Shown here one piece after another: positions 23,701 through 32,000 of a stretch of DNA of 32,000 bases. The stretch comes from Promethearchaeota archaeon. Lineage in GTDB: Archaea > Asgardarchaeota > Hermodarchaeia > Hermodarchaeales > Hermodarchaeaceae. Location: assembly GCA_048938295.1 (NCBI GenBank), contig JBHLMI010000014.1, positions 1 through 32,000 of the forward strand, given 5' to 3'. The notes beneath the pieces were generated by a model. The model saw only the letters and a program-made list of their open reading frames with translations, was not told the origin of the DNA and searched no databases. How positions within the stretch are numbered: the first letter of the stretch is position 1; each line of letters starts with the position of its first letter. A program made the position numbers and the translations under genes.

Positions 23701-26289
23701 TCATCGAACCCGTTGTGCAATCCGATGGATTTCGCTGATAATTTCACTTGGTGAAGTGAGTTCAGCGCCTAGATAGGTACGTCCCTGGGTGATATAAGCC
23801 ATGTAGAAGCCTAAGAATGGTATTAGCTTGTCTTCTTTGATTCCCACTTCAATGAGATTTGGCGTATTCAGTTCTTGACCGCGTTTACGAGCCCAATCAA
23901 GAATTACCTCATGATGCTTTTTCCGTCTTATTTGGAAAAACTCATGGTGGAGATTGATAGTGACAAGAGGGATTCGATCATTATGCAGTAGGTGACACTG
24001 ATGGAGCACATCAGCGATCGCTTCAGGCAACCCGATATCCGGAGTATCGGAATTTGTCAATTGAATATTGGGCAGGAAATCACTAAAAACCACTACAATT
24101 GGTAAGACATTGGAGTTTCGACGGCGTTCACGTTTAATGGTTTCATGAGCTCGTTTTATTCCCGCAGCTAAGGGGGTATATCCAGAGAGCCGAAGTGACA
24201 TCAGCTTGGCAACCAACCGCGTCCAATTCGTAGTGGGTGCTTGTACTTCCACTGCACCCCAGTCTTTGAGGGCAATGAGTCCAACCCGATCTCGTGTACC
24301 TTCTAAACAATTCTTGAATGCAATCAAGGAGAGCTGAAGTTTATCAAAGCTGCGGAGCATGGAAACACTCAGGTCCACCACAAAAATGATGGTCAGTGGA
24401 GTCCAGCTCTGAAATCGTTTTTCCCGAACATCGGGAGGCTGGATGCGAATCCTGGGCTTTTCCCGAAGTGAAGGATCAGTATGAAGGGCAGCGACTTTAA
24501 TGGTGGCAGGAATATGAATATTCCGAGGAGAGCCTTGAGGAAGCCCGGAGCCAAGGAGCACTCCACCTTCAGTTTCTCGGGATTGCAGAGACCCGGCGCG
24601 TCGTCCAACCTGGCGAATTGACCATTTGGGTGCCCGTTGTCGACCAAAATACCGAGGCTCAAGTAAATCTTCTAAGTCAAAGAGCGGTTTCCCTTCATCC
24701 ATTCGAATTAAAGAAGAGGTGACCGATGGTGAACGTGAACTAGAGGGTTGAGGGGAGGATTTCGCTGCCTTGGGTGGGGTGGAACTCACGGCAGCAGGAC
24801 CAGTTGAATCGCCCTCATGTTTCGCTTGACGATACTTTCCTGTGGTGTCAGGAGGTTGGCTGCCTGAGGCTAGGGCAGGCATCACAGATCCAGGGCGTTT
24901 ATGATATCGGTAAATACGTTCCAGTGCAAGGACCAATCCAGCAGCAACTACTCCACCGATAACGAAGTTGATGGGCCAGGGAATCGGCATAAGGAGGCCG
25001 ATGGCTGCAGCGACGACCATATAAAAACATACAAACCCAGTGTACGAACAGCGTCCCCCAGGACCGCGCCTAGGCGGTGTTCCGAAAAAACGCTCACCAT
25101 CATGACTACTATCCAAAGGATGGTGTTGCTTGAATTTGCTGGTAAGTTTTTGATATTCATCCTTCGTATAAGGTGCTTTATCTTTGGCTTGGGGATTTTG
25201 CGTTTTCGTCTTTTTTCGCGCTTCTTTCATTGCATCTTGAATGTCATTGCGATTAGGAGGTTCGAGAATACCACGCTGGCGAGTGCGATGACTGAGCGCA
25301 AGAGACGCTACGATTTCCACATCTTCAGCTGTGACAGCTGTCCGTCCATCAAATGCAGCAAAGGCCATGGCAGTCTTCGCAATCACAATATCAGGACGAG
25401 CTCCATCAACTTGTAGTCGAGTGGTTAACTGGGCGATGACCTGCATGACTTCATCCGAAATCTCCACCATCTTCATCTTTTCTCGAGCCGCAATGATTTC
25501 AGCTTGGAGTTTCTCTTCTTTTTCAGCCCATTTTTTATGGAGCTCTTGAGGATTTCTTTCAAATTCAATATTTAACCGGATGATTTCAACACGTTCTTCT
25601 GGAGAAAAGGGGCGTTGGATCGCAACGTGAAGGGGGAATCGATCCAACAATTGAGGACGTAGTTCTCCTTCTTCCGGGTTCATAGATCCTACAAAGATAA
25701 AGCGAGCCGGATGACTGACCGAGATGCCTTCTCGTTCAACAACATTGACACCAGTTGCTGCAGCATCAAGAAGTGCGTCCACGATGTGGTCAGGGAGAAG
25801 ATTAACTTCGTCTACATAGAGGATATTTTGGTTCGCATCAGCAAGAATTCCAGGTTTTAGGGCCGCTTCCCCTTCCCGAATAGCCCGCTCCACATCCAAA
25901 CTTCCGACTACACGGTCTTCGGTAGCACTTAGCGGGAGATTGACGACACGCATTTTTTGCATTTGTGTGTTCAGTTTCTTATTCTTTGCAAGTTTTGCCA
26001 TACAGGTGCCACACAGTCCAGTGGGGTCATCAGGATCGCAACGGAACTGGCAATCGGTTACGACAGGAATTTCAGGTAAGAGCGCAGCGAGAGAACGAAC
26101 AACGGTAGTTTTTCCTGTACCCTTCGGACCTGTAATGAGAAGGCCCCCAATGTGAGGATTAATAGCATTGAGTAGAAGAGCGAGTTTTAGTTCGTCGTGA
26201 TTAACGAATGCCGTGAAGGGGAGAACACGGCGTGTGGTTTTACTCGCTTCTGGTGCCAACCTGAGGACCTCTACCTCCCCTGCCCTCAT
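23701..26289 (-). CDS. ChlI-type AAA+ / vWA (ChlD-like chelatase subunit) fusion with an internal TM hairpin
   Basis: LPFTAFVNH.ELKLALLLNAINP, GPKGTGKT, LYVDEVNLL, SMNPEEGELRPQLLDRF; MIDAS VVDLSVSM, SGYTPLAAG, VFSDF; hydrophobic hairpin at about 24919-25050. Start uncertain (TTG 26259 possible). Confidence 0.85.
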   Translation of the reverse strand: MRAGEVEVLRLAPEASKTTRRVLPFTAFVNHDELKLALLLNAINPHIGGLLITGPKGTGKTTVVRSLAALLPEIPVVTDCQFRCDPDDPTGLCGTCMAKLAKNKKLNTQMQKMRVVNLPLSATEDRVVGSLDVERAIREGEAALKPGILADANQNILYVDEVNLLPDHIVDALLDAAATGVNVVEREGISVSHPARFIFVGSMNPEEGELRPQLLDRFPLHVAIQRPFSPEERVEIIRLNIEFERNPQELHKKWAEKEEKLQAEIIAAREKMKMVEISDEVMQVIAQLTTRLQVDGARPDIVIAKTAMAFAAFDGRTAVTAEDVEIVASLALSHRTRQRGILEPPNRNDIQDAMKEARKKTKTQNPQAKDKAPYTKDEYQKLTSKFKQHHPLDSSHDGERFFGTPPRRGPGGRCSYTGFVCFYMVVAAAIGLLMPIPWPINFVIGGVVAAGLVLALERIYRYHKRPGSVMPALASGSQPPDTTGKYRQAKHEGDSTGPAAVSSTPPKAAKSSPQPSSSRSPSVTSSLIRMDEGKPLFDLEDLLEPRYFGRQRAPKWSIRQVGRRAGSLQSRETEGGVLLGSGLPQGSPRNIHIPATIKVAALHTDPSLREKPRIRIQPPDVREKRFQSWTPLTIIFVVDLSVSMLRSFDKLQLSLIAFKNCLEGTRDRVGLIALKDWGAVEVQAPTTNWTRLVAKLMSLRLSGYTPLAAGIKRAHETIKRERRRNSNVLPIVVVFSDFLPNIQLTNSDTPDIGLPEAIADVLHQCHLLHNDRIPLVTINLHHEFFQIRRKKHHEVILDWARKRGQELNTPNLIEVGIKEDKLIPFLGFYMAYITQGRTYLGAELTSPSEIISEIHRIAQRVR

Positions 26290-26400
26290 TCCACTTATAG
26301 AATTTTGGGAAGATGCACCACATCAGATTAAAAAGGCAATAGAAGAATGGCGAGGACGTTTGGGCAAAAGCTTTAGTTTTTTGGAGTCTTCTTTGTATCC

Positions 26401-26919
26401 ATGTCAGCCCAACCTCCGAAGAATCTCCGTGGTGGACTAGCCATCGCTTATGAGGCAGCTCGTGACTACCTTCGTTATATTATCACCGAACTCACCCCAG
26501 AACAAGCTGCAAAGGAACCCACCCCTGAGTCACGCACGATTCTGTATTATTTAACCCATATCGCCAATTCCGAATTATATTGGCTGTCAGCATCAGGTCG
26601 CAAAGTTGTAGTGTACGCAAAAACGGTTCCCCTAAATATTGCTAAGGATCTCTTAGAAGATGTTCGGAAACGCATCCTCCGAGAGCTTAAGGAATGTCCA
26701 GAAGAGGAACTAGTTTTTCAACCACCAACACAGAAAGAAAAACCGAGTCTCGGCTGGGTGGTATCTCACATCACCTTACACACATTGTATCACTCTGGTG
26801 AAATAATCTATGCTCGTTATGCCGTTGGAGGATCCGATCTTCACAGCGATGAGCTTGAAGACTATTGGGGAAAAATGATGGACTCTATTACGAACCTAAT
26901 ATTTTCTACAAAACAATGA
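26401..26919 (+). CDS. DinB/YfiT superfamily protein
   Basis: ILYYLTHIANSELYWL and VVSHITLHTLYHSGEI carry the metal-binding His pattern. Confidence 0.8.
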   Translation: MSAQPPKNLRGGLAIAYEAARDYLRYIITELTPEQAAKEPTPESRTILYYLTHIANSELYWLSASGRKVVVYAKTVPLNIAKDLLEDVRKRILRELKECPEEELVFQPPTQKEKPSLGWVVSHITLHTLYHSGEIIYARYAVGGSDLHSDELEDYWGKMMDSITNLIFSTKQ

Positions 26920-26953
26920 AGTCTACGCTCCCCTTTTAGGACGAATCTCATGA

Positions 26954-27484
26954 TCAAGACACCAGTTTTTTCAGCGTTTTCTCGAAGATAGAGTAGGAAG
27001 TTGGATCAAAGAGACAAAAGATGATACGGCGAAGCGTTGAGTTTGTGTTCTTCACATGATTAATTGCTGTTGAAAGAATTAGGTTTGCTGCCTGCTCCTT
27101 AGGAAAACCAAAAATCCCTGTACTAATAGCAGGAAATGCGATGCTACGTAATTGCTTACTTTCAGCCAGCCTCAATGCATTTTCAACTGCGCTAGTCAGT
27201 TTTTGTTCTTCATCTCCTTCACCCCAGCGGGGACCGACAGCATGAATTACATACCGTGCTTTCAAATTACCACCAGTGGTCAGAACTGCTGTTCCGACTG
27301 AGGTGCCCCCGATATCATCGCATTCCCGTTGGATTGCTGGTCCACCACGTCGTCGAATGGCACCCGCAACACCCCCTCCCATTTGTAGCGATTCATTAGC
27401 AGCATTAACAACCGCATCAGTTGCTAGGTCAGTAATATCCCCTTGAACAAGTTCGATGGTGACTCTGTTGACCAGCTTTTGCAT
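26954..27484 (-). CDS. Macrodomain protein (YmdB/MacroD-like ADP-ribose hydrolase)
   Basis: QGDIT..TDAVVNAANESLQMGGGVAGAI, VIHAVGP, FPAISTGIFGFP. Confidence 0.92.
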   Translation of the reverse strand: MQKLVNRVTIELVQGDITDLATDAVVNAANESLQMGGGVAGAIRRRGGPAIQRECDDIGGTSVGTAVLTTGGNLKARYVIHAVGPRWGEGDEEQKLTSAVENALRLAESKQLRSIAFPAISTGIFGFPKEQAANLILSTAINHVKNTNSTLRRIIFCLFDPTSYSIFEKTLKKLVS

Positions 27485-27592
27485 ACTCCAACACCCATCT
27501 GACCAACCAATACTCGCAAACAGCCTAATATCTCGGATTAAAGGTTTCCCCCAATGAGAAAGCAGTCCTTGGATGAGAGATGCATTTCTAAA

Positions 27593-28258
27593 TTAGGGGA
27601 ATAGGGGGAGCATTCCCCATCCAGTTATCCCCGAAATGAGAATGAACACCCAGCTGATAGCGATGAATAAACCACCAGTGATAAGGAAGCCACGTTTAGC
27701 GCGAGGATCGACTAGCCCCAAATGCTCATCGAGGTATTCGGTTTTGAAGCTTAAACGCACATAATAGATGGCAGCAATTGCCACAGGAACCCAGATGATA
27801 TCAACAAAGGTGAAAAGAACAGCAATAGCTCCAGCGATACCGAAGAGCCAGAAGTCTGCTATAACAAAGCCGATCGTTTCCCAAATTACGCCCACTATCA
27901 TTGCGAGGGGTTCGCGAATTCGCCCCAGGGATTTAGCTCGCCCGATGTAGCCAACGATGAAGGCTTCTGGTGCACGAACGGCGACGATTCCAGGAATGAA
28001 GATTGCAGGTAAACCCACCGCGGTGATCAGAACCCCCTTCCCGATGAGTTGCCCAATGGTTGTGATAATGAGTCCGAAGGATGGTCCATAAAGAATGGAA
28101 ACCGCGAAAATCAGAACCGAAGAGGTGTCAATTGAGCCAATGGGGGGTGGCAGCACGACGGCAAACATCGCCATAAAAGCCATCAAAGCTCCTAGTACAC
28201 CAACAGTCGCTATATACAGAGAGCGGGGGGCCTGCGTCTCTGTTAGTAAATCATTCAT
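27593..28258 (-). CDS. ECF transporter substrate-specific (S) component
   Basis: YIATVGVLGAL...ILYGPSFGLIITTIGQLI...VRAPEAFIVGYI; about six TM helices, 221 aa. Confidence 0.75.
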   Translation of the reverse strand: MNDLLTETQAPRSLYIATVGVLGALMAFMAMFAVVLPPPIGSIDTSSVLIFAVSILYGPSFGLIITTIGQLIGKGVLITAVGLPAIFIPGIVAVRAPEAFIVGYIGRAKSLGRIREPLAMIVGVIWETIGFVIADFWLFGIAGAIAVLFTFVDIIWVPVAIAAIYYVRLSFKTEYLDEHLGLVDPRAKRGFLITGGLFIAISWVFILISGITGWGMLPLFP

Positions 28259-28282
28259 GGTGATTAGTCCTCAATAAGAGCC

Positions 28283-28332
28283 TGATTCTATACATGGCGT
28301 ATATAAGCCTTGTGTAAAATGCCATAGAATCA
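28283..28332. promoter_or_regulatory. Inverted repeat around a TATA-like box in a divergent promoter
   Basis: TGATTCTAT (28283-28291) and ATAGAATCA (28324-28332) are perfectly complementary, with an additional ATGGC/GCCAT pair. GTATATAAG lies between them. Confidence 0.45.
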
Positions 28333-28387
28333 AAAAGGAAGAATTATCTAGAACGTGGCAGGTTCAACCCAGTGAGGGATTGTTGTA

Positions 28388-28933
28388 TTGACCAACAATT
28401 CTGACAAACTTATTCGCCAGCTACATACTAACATCGTTGCTTTAACTCGCACTCCTAATTTTAGGAGGTTAGTCCCGGAAGTGGGGGGGAATTTTGTGGC
28501 TTGCATAACTGGTGCCACTAAATTGTCGCAAGTTGCAGGATTGACAGGTCGTATCATTTTAGTACGTGGCGAACCAAAGCCGATCGGTGAAGTCGAACTG
28601 GGCTGGGCACCCTTTATGGGTCGAGTCCTGTTGAAAGCTCATAGCCTGAACAACACTATCCATTCAGCTGTGTCACTGAAATATTCTACAACTATTGTTG
28701 ATGCAGCGCGTCAAGCAGAGTTACAGGTTGTGGGATTCCGGCTAGGAGAAAACAAGCCTGTTCCCGATTGTATGACGTTGGAGGCACTCAATAAGTTTGG
28801 ATTCGTACCAGAGGTATTGTTTGACTGGGGAGCCCATGGAATCGAGCCGCTCGTTGTTGTGTTTGGCGAGACTCCCACTGTTGTCACCAAACGCGTAAGA
28901 GCAATTCTAGCGAAATTAGCCGTTGATGAGTGA
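28388..28933 (+). CDS. Stand-alone ThiN-like (archaeal thiamine-phosphate synthase) domain protein
   Basis: LVPEVGGNFVAC, VAGLTGRII, HSAVSLKYS, VPEVLFDWGAHGIEPLVVVFG. No N-terminal HTH or ThiD domain. Confidence 0.75.
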   Translation: MTNNSDKLIRQLHTNIVALTRTPNFRRLVPEVGGNFVACITGATKLSQVAGLTGRIILVRGEPKPIGEVELGWAPFMGRVLLKAHSLNNTIHSAVSLKYSTTIVDAARQAELQVVGFRLGENKPVPDCMTLEALNKFGFVPEVLFDWGAHGIEPLVVVFGETPTVVTKRVRAILAKLAVDE

Positions 28934-29693
28934 CAGGAGCTTGACTAATAATCCAAGAAAAGAATCGGAACATACGAATGAGGTGAGCCAAGCGTTTGGT
29001 GCAATTGCCTCATTCTATGATTCATGGTACCAGTCGCCTGTCGGAGGTTACGTCTGGGCTGTTGAAACAGAAGCGATTCAAGCGCTACTTCCAGAACCTC
29101 AAGGTGGAGTCGCGTTAGAAGTGGGTGTTGGAACTGGAATGATAGCAACCATAGTCCAAGATCCCTCACTACAATTTGTGGGTGTTGATGTTGCCTGGCA
29201 AATGCTTGCTATCGCCTATCAGAAACTCCAAAAAACGGAAAATCTACATCTGGTGCGATCCGATGGAGAACACCTTCCTTTTCGAAGGAAATGTTTTGAC
29301 CTAGCACTAGCCATGACGTTGCTTGAATTCGTTCCAGACCCGGACCAAGTTCTATCCGAGATTCATCAATGTCTACAACCTGTCGGGTATCTCCTATTAG
29401 GAATACTTTCATCAACAAACCTGTGGGCAATTGAAAGACGAATCCGGAGTTTCGTTCAACCTGATGTCTTCAGATTTGCCCGATTTCCAAGCCCATGGCA
29501 GGTTATCCGCTTACTTAATCGGAATGGATTTTCACAGGTTCAATATAGGGGTTCCGTGTATGCACCTACGTTTACACCGACACGGTGGCTTCCAAGATTT
29601 GCTTCCTTGGAACCGACATTGGGAACACGGTGGTTGAGTCGTGCTTTAGGTGCTTTCATTGTGTTTTCCGCTAGACGAAGCATGCTCAAGTGA
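28926..29693 (+). CDS. Class I SAM-dependent methyltransferase
   Basis: ALEVGVGTG (motif I), GVDVAWQML, DGEHLPFRRKCFDL, LLEFVPDPDQVLSEIHQCLQPVG. Overlaps the ThiN-like stop. Confidence 0.88.
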   Translation: MSDRSLTNNPRKESEHTNEVSQAFGAIASFYDSWYQSPVGGYVWAVETEAIQALLPEPQGGVALEVGVGTGMIATIVQDPSLQFVGVDVAWQMLAIAYQKLQKTENLHLVRSDGEHLPFRRKCFDLALAMTLLEFVPDPDQVLSEIHQCLQPVGYLLLGILSSTNLWAIERRIRSFVQPDVFRFARFPSPWQVIRLLNRNGFSQVQYRGSVYAPTFTPTRWLPRFASLEPTLGTRWLSRALGAFIVFSARRSMLK

Positions 29694-30672
29694 TTTGGCC
29701 CGTATATCGCGTATATGGGTCTTCTCCAGGTTTAAGACGCTCTGACTTTTCATCAGCTTCAACTATCACCTGCTTCTTTTTGGTGAACGATCCGATGACA
29801 GCCGCCTTTCTGTTGAAACCTTTAACCGACTGGATGATCTCGTTTGCTGCTTCGTTCTCTGTGACGACCAGAAAGTTGCCAAAAGATGAACAATAAAGGG
29901 GGTTCCAGCGCAGATAATTGAATAGATTGAGGCTGGATTCATCCCAGGGAATCTCACTAGCCTGAATCGTGATTCCTAGCCCAGTCGCCTGCTTTAGCTC
30001 AAACAAAGCCGTAGCTAGCCCCCCTTCCGCAATATCATGTAACAGCGCTATTCTTTCCCTGGGAAGGTGGTTTATAAGAGGGACCACTGAGAACGGGCCT
30101 AGGTCAGCTGCAATCTCTTCTCGCCGTGGACGCGAGAGGATTGCATCGACAGTTGACGGCTCCACATTGGCTAAGAACCATAGAGTTTCACGCGCAATTG
30201 GCCCCACCGCAATTAGCACATGTCCAGGAGATACTTTGGGTATTGGAGGGGATTCATCAGGAAGGATACCGATACAGGTGCTCGTGAACACCGGAATAGT
30301 AAGCCCGTCATAACCGCCAGTATGACCCCCGAGGATTTTAAGATTTAACTGGTTCGCCTCTTGACCAAGTTGGGTCATGGTTGTTGAAAGCCATTCTTCT
30401 TCTGTATCTGGTGGATAATATATTCCTAAGGACAGATATTGAGGGGTTGCCCACGCCATAGCGACATCTGTAGCAGAATAATGGACCGCAAAAAACCCAT
30501 AGAACTGAAGAGGTATCCCGAGTACAGGATCTGAGGCAACGACGACATTCCCCTCTATTCGAGCTGAGCCATAGTCTAGGAGAATGGAACGAGGATCATC
30601 GACACGGGGCAAATGTGGAAAAACTAGGCGTTCTAGATCAGGTAACATGAGTTTGCCTTTTGGCAGGGTCAT
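29686..30672 (-). CDS. AIR synthase-related (PurM/HypE/ThiL superfamily) protein
   Basis: VVASDPVLG, AVHYSATDVAM, ILGGHT, PGHVLIAVG, LHDIAEGGLATAL. Confidence 0.82.
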   Translation of the reverse strand: MTLPKGKLMLPDLERLVFPHLPRVDDPRSILLDYGSARIEGNVVVASDPVLGIPLQFYGFFAVHYSATDVAMAWATPQYLSLGIYYPPDTEEEWLSTTMTQLGQEANQLNLKILGGHTGGYDGLTIPVFTSTCIGILPDESPPIPKVSPGHVLIAVGPIARETLWFLANVEPSTVDAILSRPRREEIAADLGPFSVVPLINHLPRERIALLHDIAEGGLATALFELKQATGLGITIQASEIPWDESSLNLFNYLRWNPLYCSSFGNFLVVTENEAANEIIQSVKGFNRKAAVIGSFTKKKQVIVEADEKSERLKPGEDPYTRYTGQIT

Positions 30673-30725
30673 GGTTTAGCCTCCTCTCCTCAGACTGCAT
30701 CTTCGCAGGTTATAATGGATATGGT

Positions 30726-31694
30726 TCATTGATTACCAGCATCCACAGCACTCGTAATATCTTGCCGTTTTAAGAAACGTGGCTCTAACGCAATCAATGC
30801 CGTAGCCAAGAAAATGAGAACAGCTCCAAATGCTTGCCAAATTGCTACAGGCTGGCTAAGAAAGATTACCCCAAATATAACCGCACTTATCGGATCTAGT
30901 AAGAGGATGATTGAAGCCACTGAGGCATCGACTTTTTCGACTCCCACATTCGTCAATAAGTACGGAATGGTAGTGGCGATAAGAGCAAATGCCATGAGAA
31001 AAAGCCATACAGGAAGTGGTTGGAAAAGTTGGATGCCAACAACGCGTGGATCACTGACAAAAAGGCTGATAATGAGAATAATCGGGCCCATCCAAACCAG
31101 GGCAAAAAAGAACCCCCAGAAGGTAGTCACTGATGGCTGGTACCCTTCATAGCCACCCCATTTACGCCCCAAGACCACATAGACAGCAGCGAAGATGGCA
31201 TTCGAGAAAGACAGAATAACGCCGGCGATGGGAACAGCAGCTACATAGGGGAAGATGGGCACAGATACTATCACGGCACCGGCTATCGAGAGGGGTACAG
31301 CAATGAGTCTTATGAACGTCAATTTTTCATTAAGAAAGATACGACCCATGATGAGAGTAATAGCTGGATACAGATAAGTGAGGGAAACAGCCACAACGAC
31401 CGGAGTCCCAATGGCTATGGCCGTTATGTAAACAACTATGCTGAGAGCAATACCGATCAATCCATACACTGCAAAGAAGGAAAGATGTTTTCGTTGAAGG
31501 GTTATCCCTCGATAGGAGTAAGCCAGACCAAGACCGACAAAGAGAAAGAGTACGGTAAAACCAATACGAAACAGCGCTTGTTGTAACGATGAAACACCGA
31601 GAAGCGATAAGTAGTAAGAAAAAACCGGGATAGTTCCAAAGCAGACTGCAGCAGTAACAAGACTCAGATAATTGATCTTTCGAGATGTGCTCAT
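30726..31694 (-). CDS. EamA/DMT family transporter
   Basis: Two EamA repeats (SLTYLYPAITLIMGRIFLNEKL and ASIILLLDPISAVIFGVIFLSQ); about ten TM helices. Confidence 0.88.
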   Translation of the reverse strand: MSTSRKINYLSLVTAAVCFGTIPVFSYYLSLLGVSSLQQALFRIGFTVLFLFVGLGLAYSYRGITLQRKHLSFFAVYGLIGIALSIVVYITAIAIGTPVVVAVSLTYLYPAITLIMGRIFLNEKLTFIRLIAVPLSIAGAVIVSVPIFPYVAAVPIAGVILSFSNAIFAAVYVVLGRKWGGYEGYQPSVTTFWGFFFALVWMGPIILIISLFVSDPRVVGIQLFQPLPVWLFLMAFALIATTIPYLLTNVGVEKVDASVASIILLLDPISAVIFGVIFLSQPVAIWQAFGAVLIFLATALIALEPRFLKRQDITSAVDAGNQ

Positions 31695-31737
31695 TTGAAT
31701 CCGCTCAAAGATTGTTCTGAGGTCCCCGGTGTCTTAA

Positions 31738-31998
31738 TCAATGAATTTTTGACTTGAGGATGGTGACGGCTTCGGCTCCACCATGTAGAGCTTTTAGGTT
31801 TTCTTTCTCAAATCGCTTGAGTTTGCTGTCGGTTTTGATTGTTTGTTCAAGTAACGAAAGTGTAACGCGTTCATCAATGGCGGCGAGGGCACCTAGAGAT
31901 GCCATACCCATGTATCGTACGTGCCCGAGCTGGTCCGCGAGTTTTCGGATGTTTACCTGATATATCGTTGTACCGTTAGTTGGGGATAAATCGGACAG
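31738..31998 (-). CDS. 2-oxoacid:ferredoxin oxidoreductase gamma-subunit family, C-terminal part (5'-truncated; not in the ORF track)
   Basis: Minus-strand frame ...IYQVNIRKLADQLGHVRYMGMASLGALAAIDERV...KRFEKENLKALHGGAEAV...IH* matches the gamma-subunit C-terminus (NMxxLGA ... ENLKA..G). Confidence 0.65.
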   Translation of the reverse strand: MSDLSPTNGTTIYQVNIRKLADQLGHVRYMGMASLGALAAIDERVTLSLLEQTIKTDSKLKRFEKENLKALHGGAEAVTILKSKIH

Positions 31999-32000
31999 GC

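Noticed and set aside
20133-25549. Long antisense ORFs (20133-20606, 24901-25416 and others)
   Set aside because: They are shadows of well-supported minus-strand genes, with no independent motifs.
26213-26440. 75-aa plus-strand ORF with a protein-like middle (LIEFWEDAPHQIKKAIEEW)
   Set aside because: It overlaps both flanking genes, has no SD and matches no family I recognise.

Overview
Archaeal chromosomal window, very likely from an Asgard archaeon. This is inferred from a longin+winged-helix protein, V4R, CDC48, a tungsten AOR and double-HTH Lrp-like regulators; the lineage cannot be fixed from this window alone. It holds about 30 protein genes and no rRNA, tRNA, CRISPR array or recognisable mobile element. 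From left to right: acyl-CoA dehydrogenase 3' end; DUF998 protein; a small membrane protein; a large membrane-anchored gingipain-like (C25) protease; two tandem paralogous Lrp/AsnC-type regulators with a conserved leader; an apparently empty 1.3 kb stretch (7590-8960); a frameshifted flavin reductase; a wHTH protein; HdeD-like, ICMT-like and other membrane proteins; HIT; a holin-like/alkaline-phosphatase fusion; AOR; a probable cdc48-PH-SPFH-V4R operon; a GIFT/DUF4350-like protein; a longin-wHTH protein; an AAA-TM-vWA chelatase-like protein; DinB; a macrodomain; an ECF S component; ThiN-like, methyltransferase, PurM-family and EamA genes; and the 3' end of a 2-oxoacid:ferredoxin oxidoreductase gamma subunit. 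The most striking observation is in the empty stretch. It encodes two unannotated paralogous basic microproteins (45 and 47 aa, motif KKxx[DE]MxxxERxVxGx[KR]NP...PRxR...S[KR]R), each with a strong Shine-Dalgarno, a homologous upstream element and a TGCAAAA-N30-TTTTGCA inverted pair.
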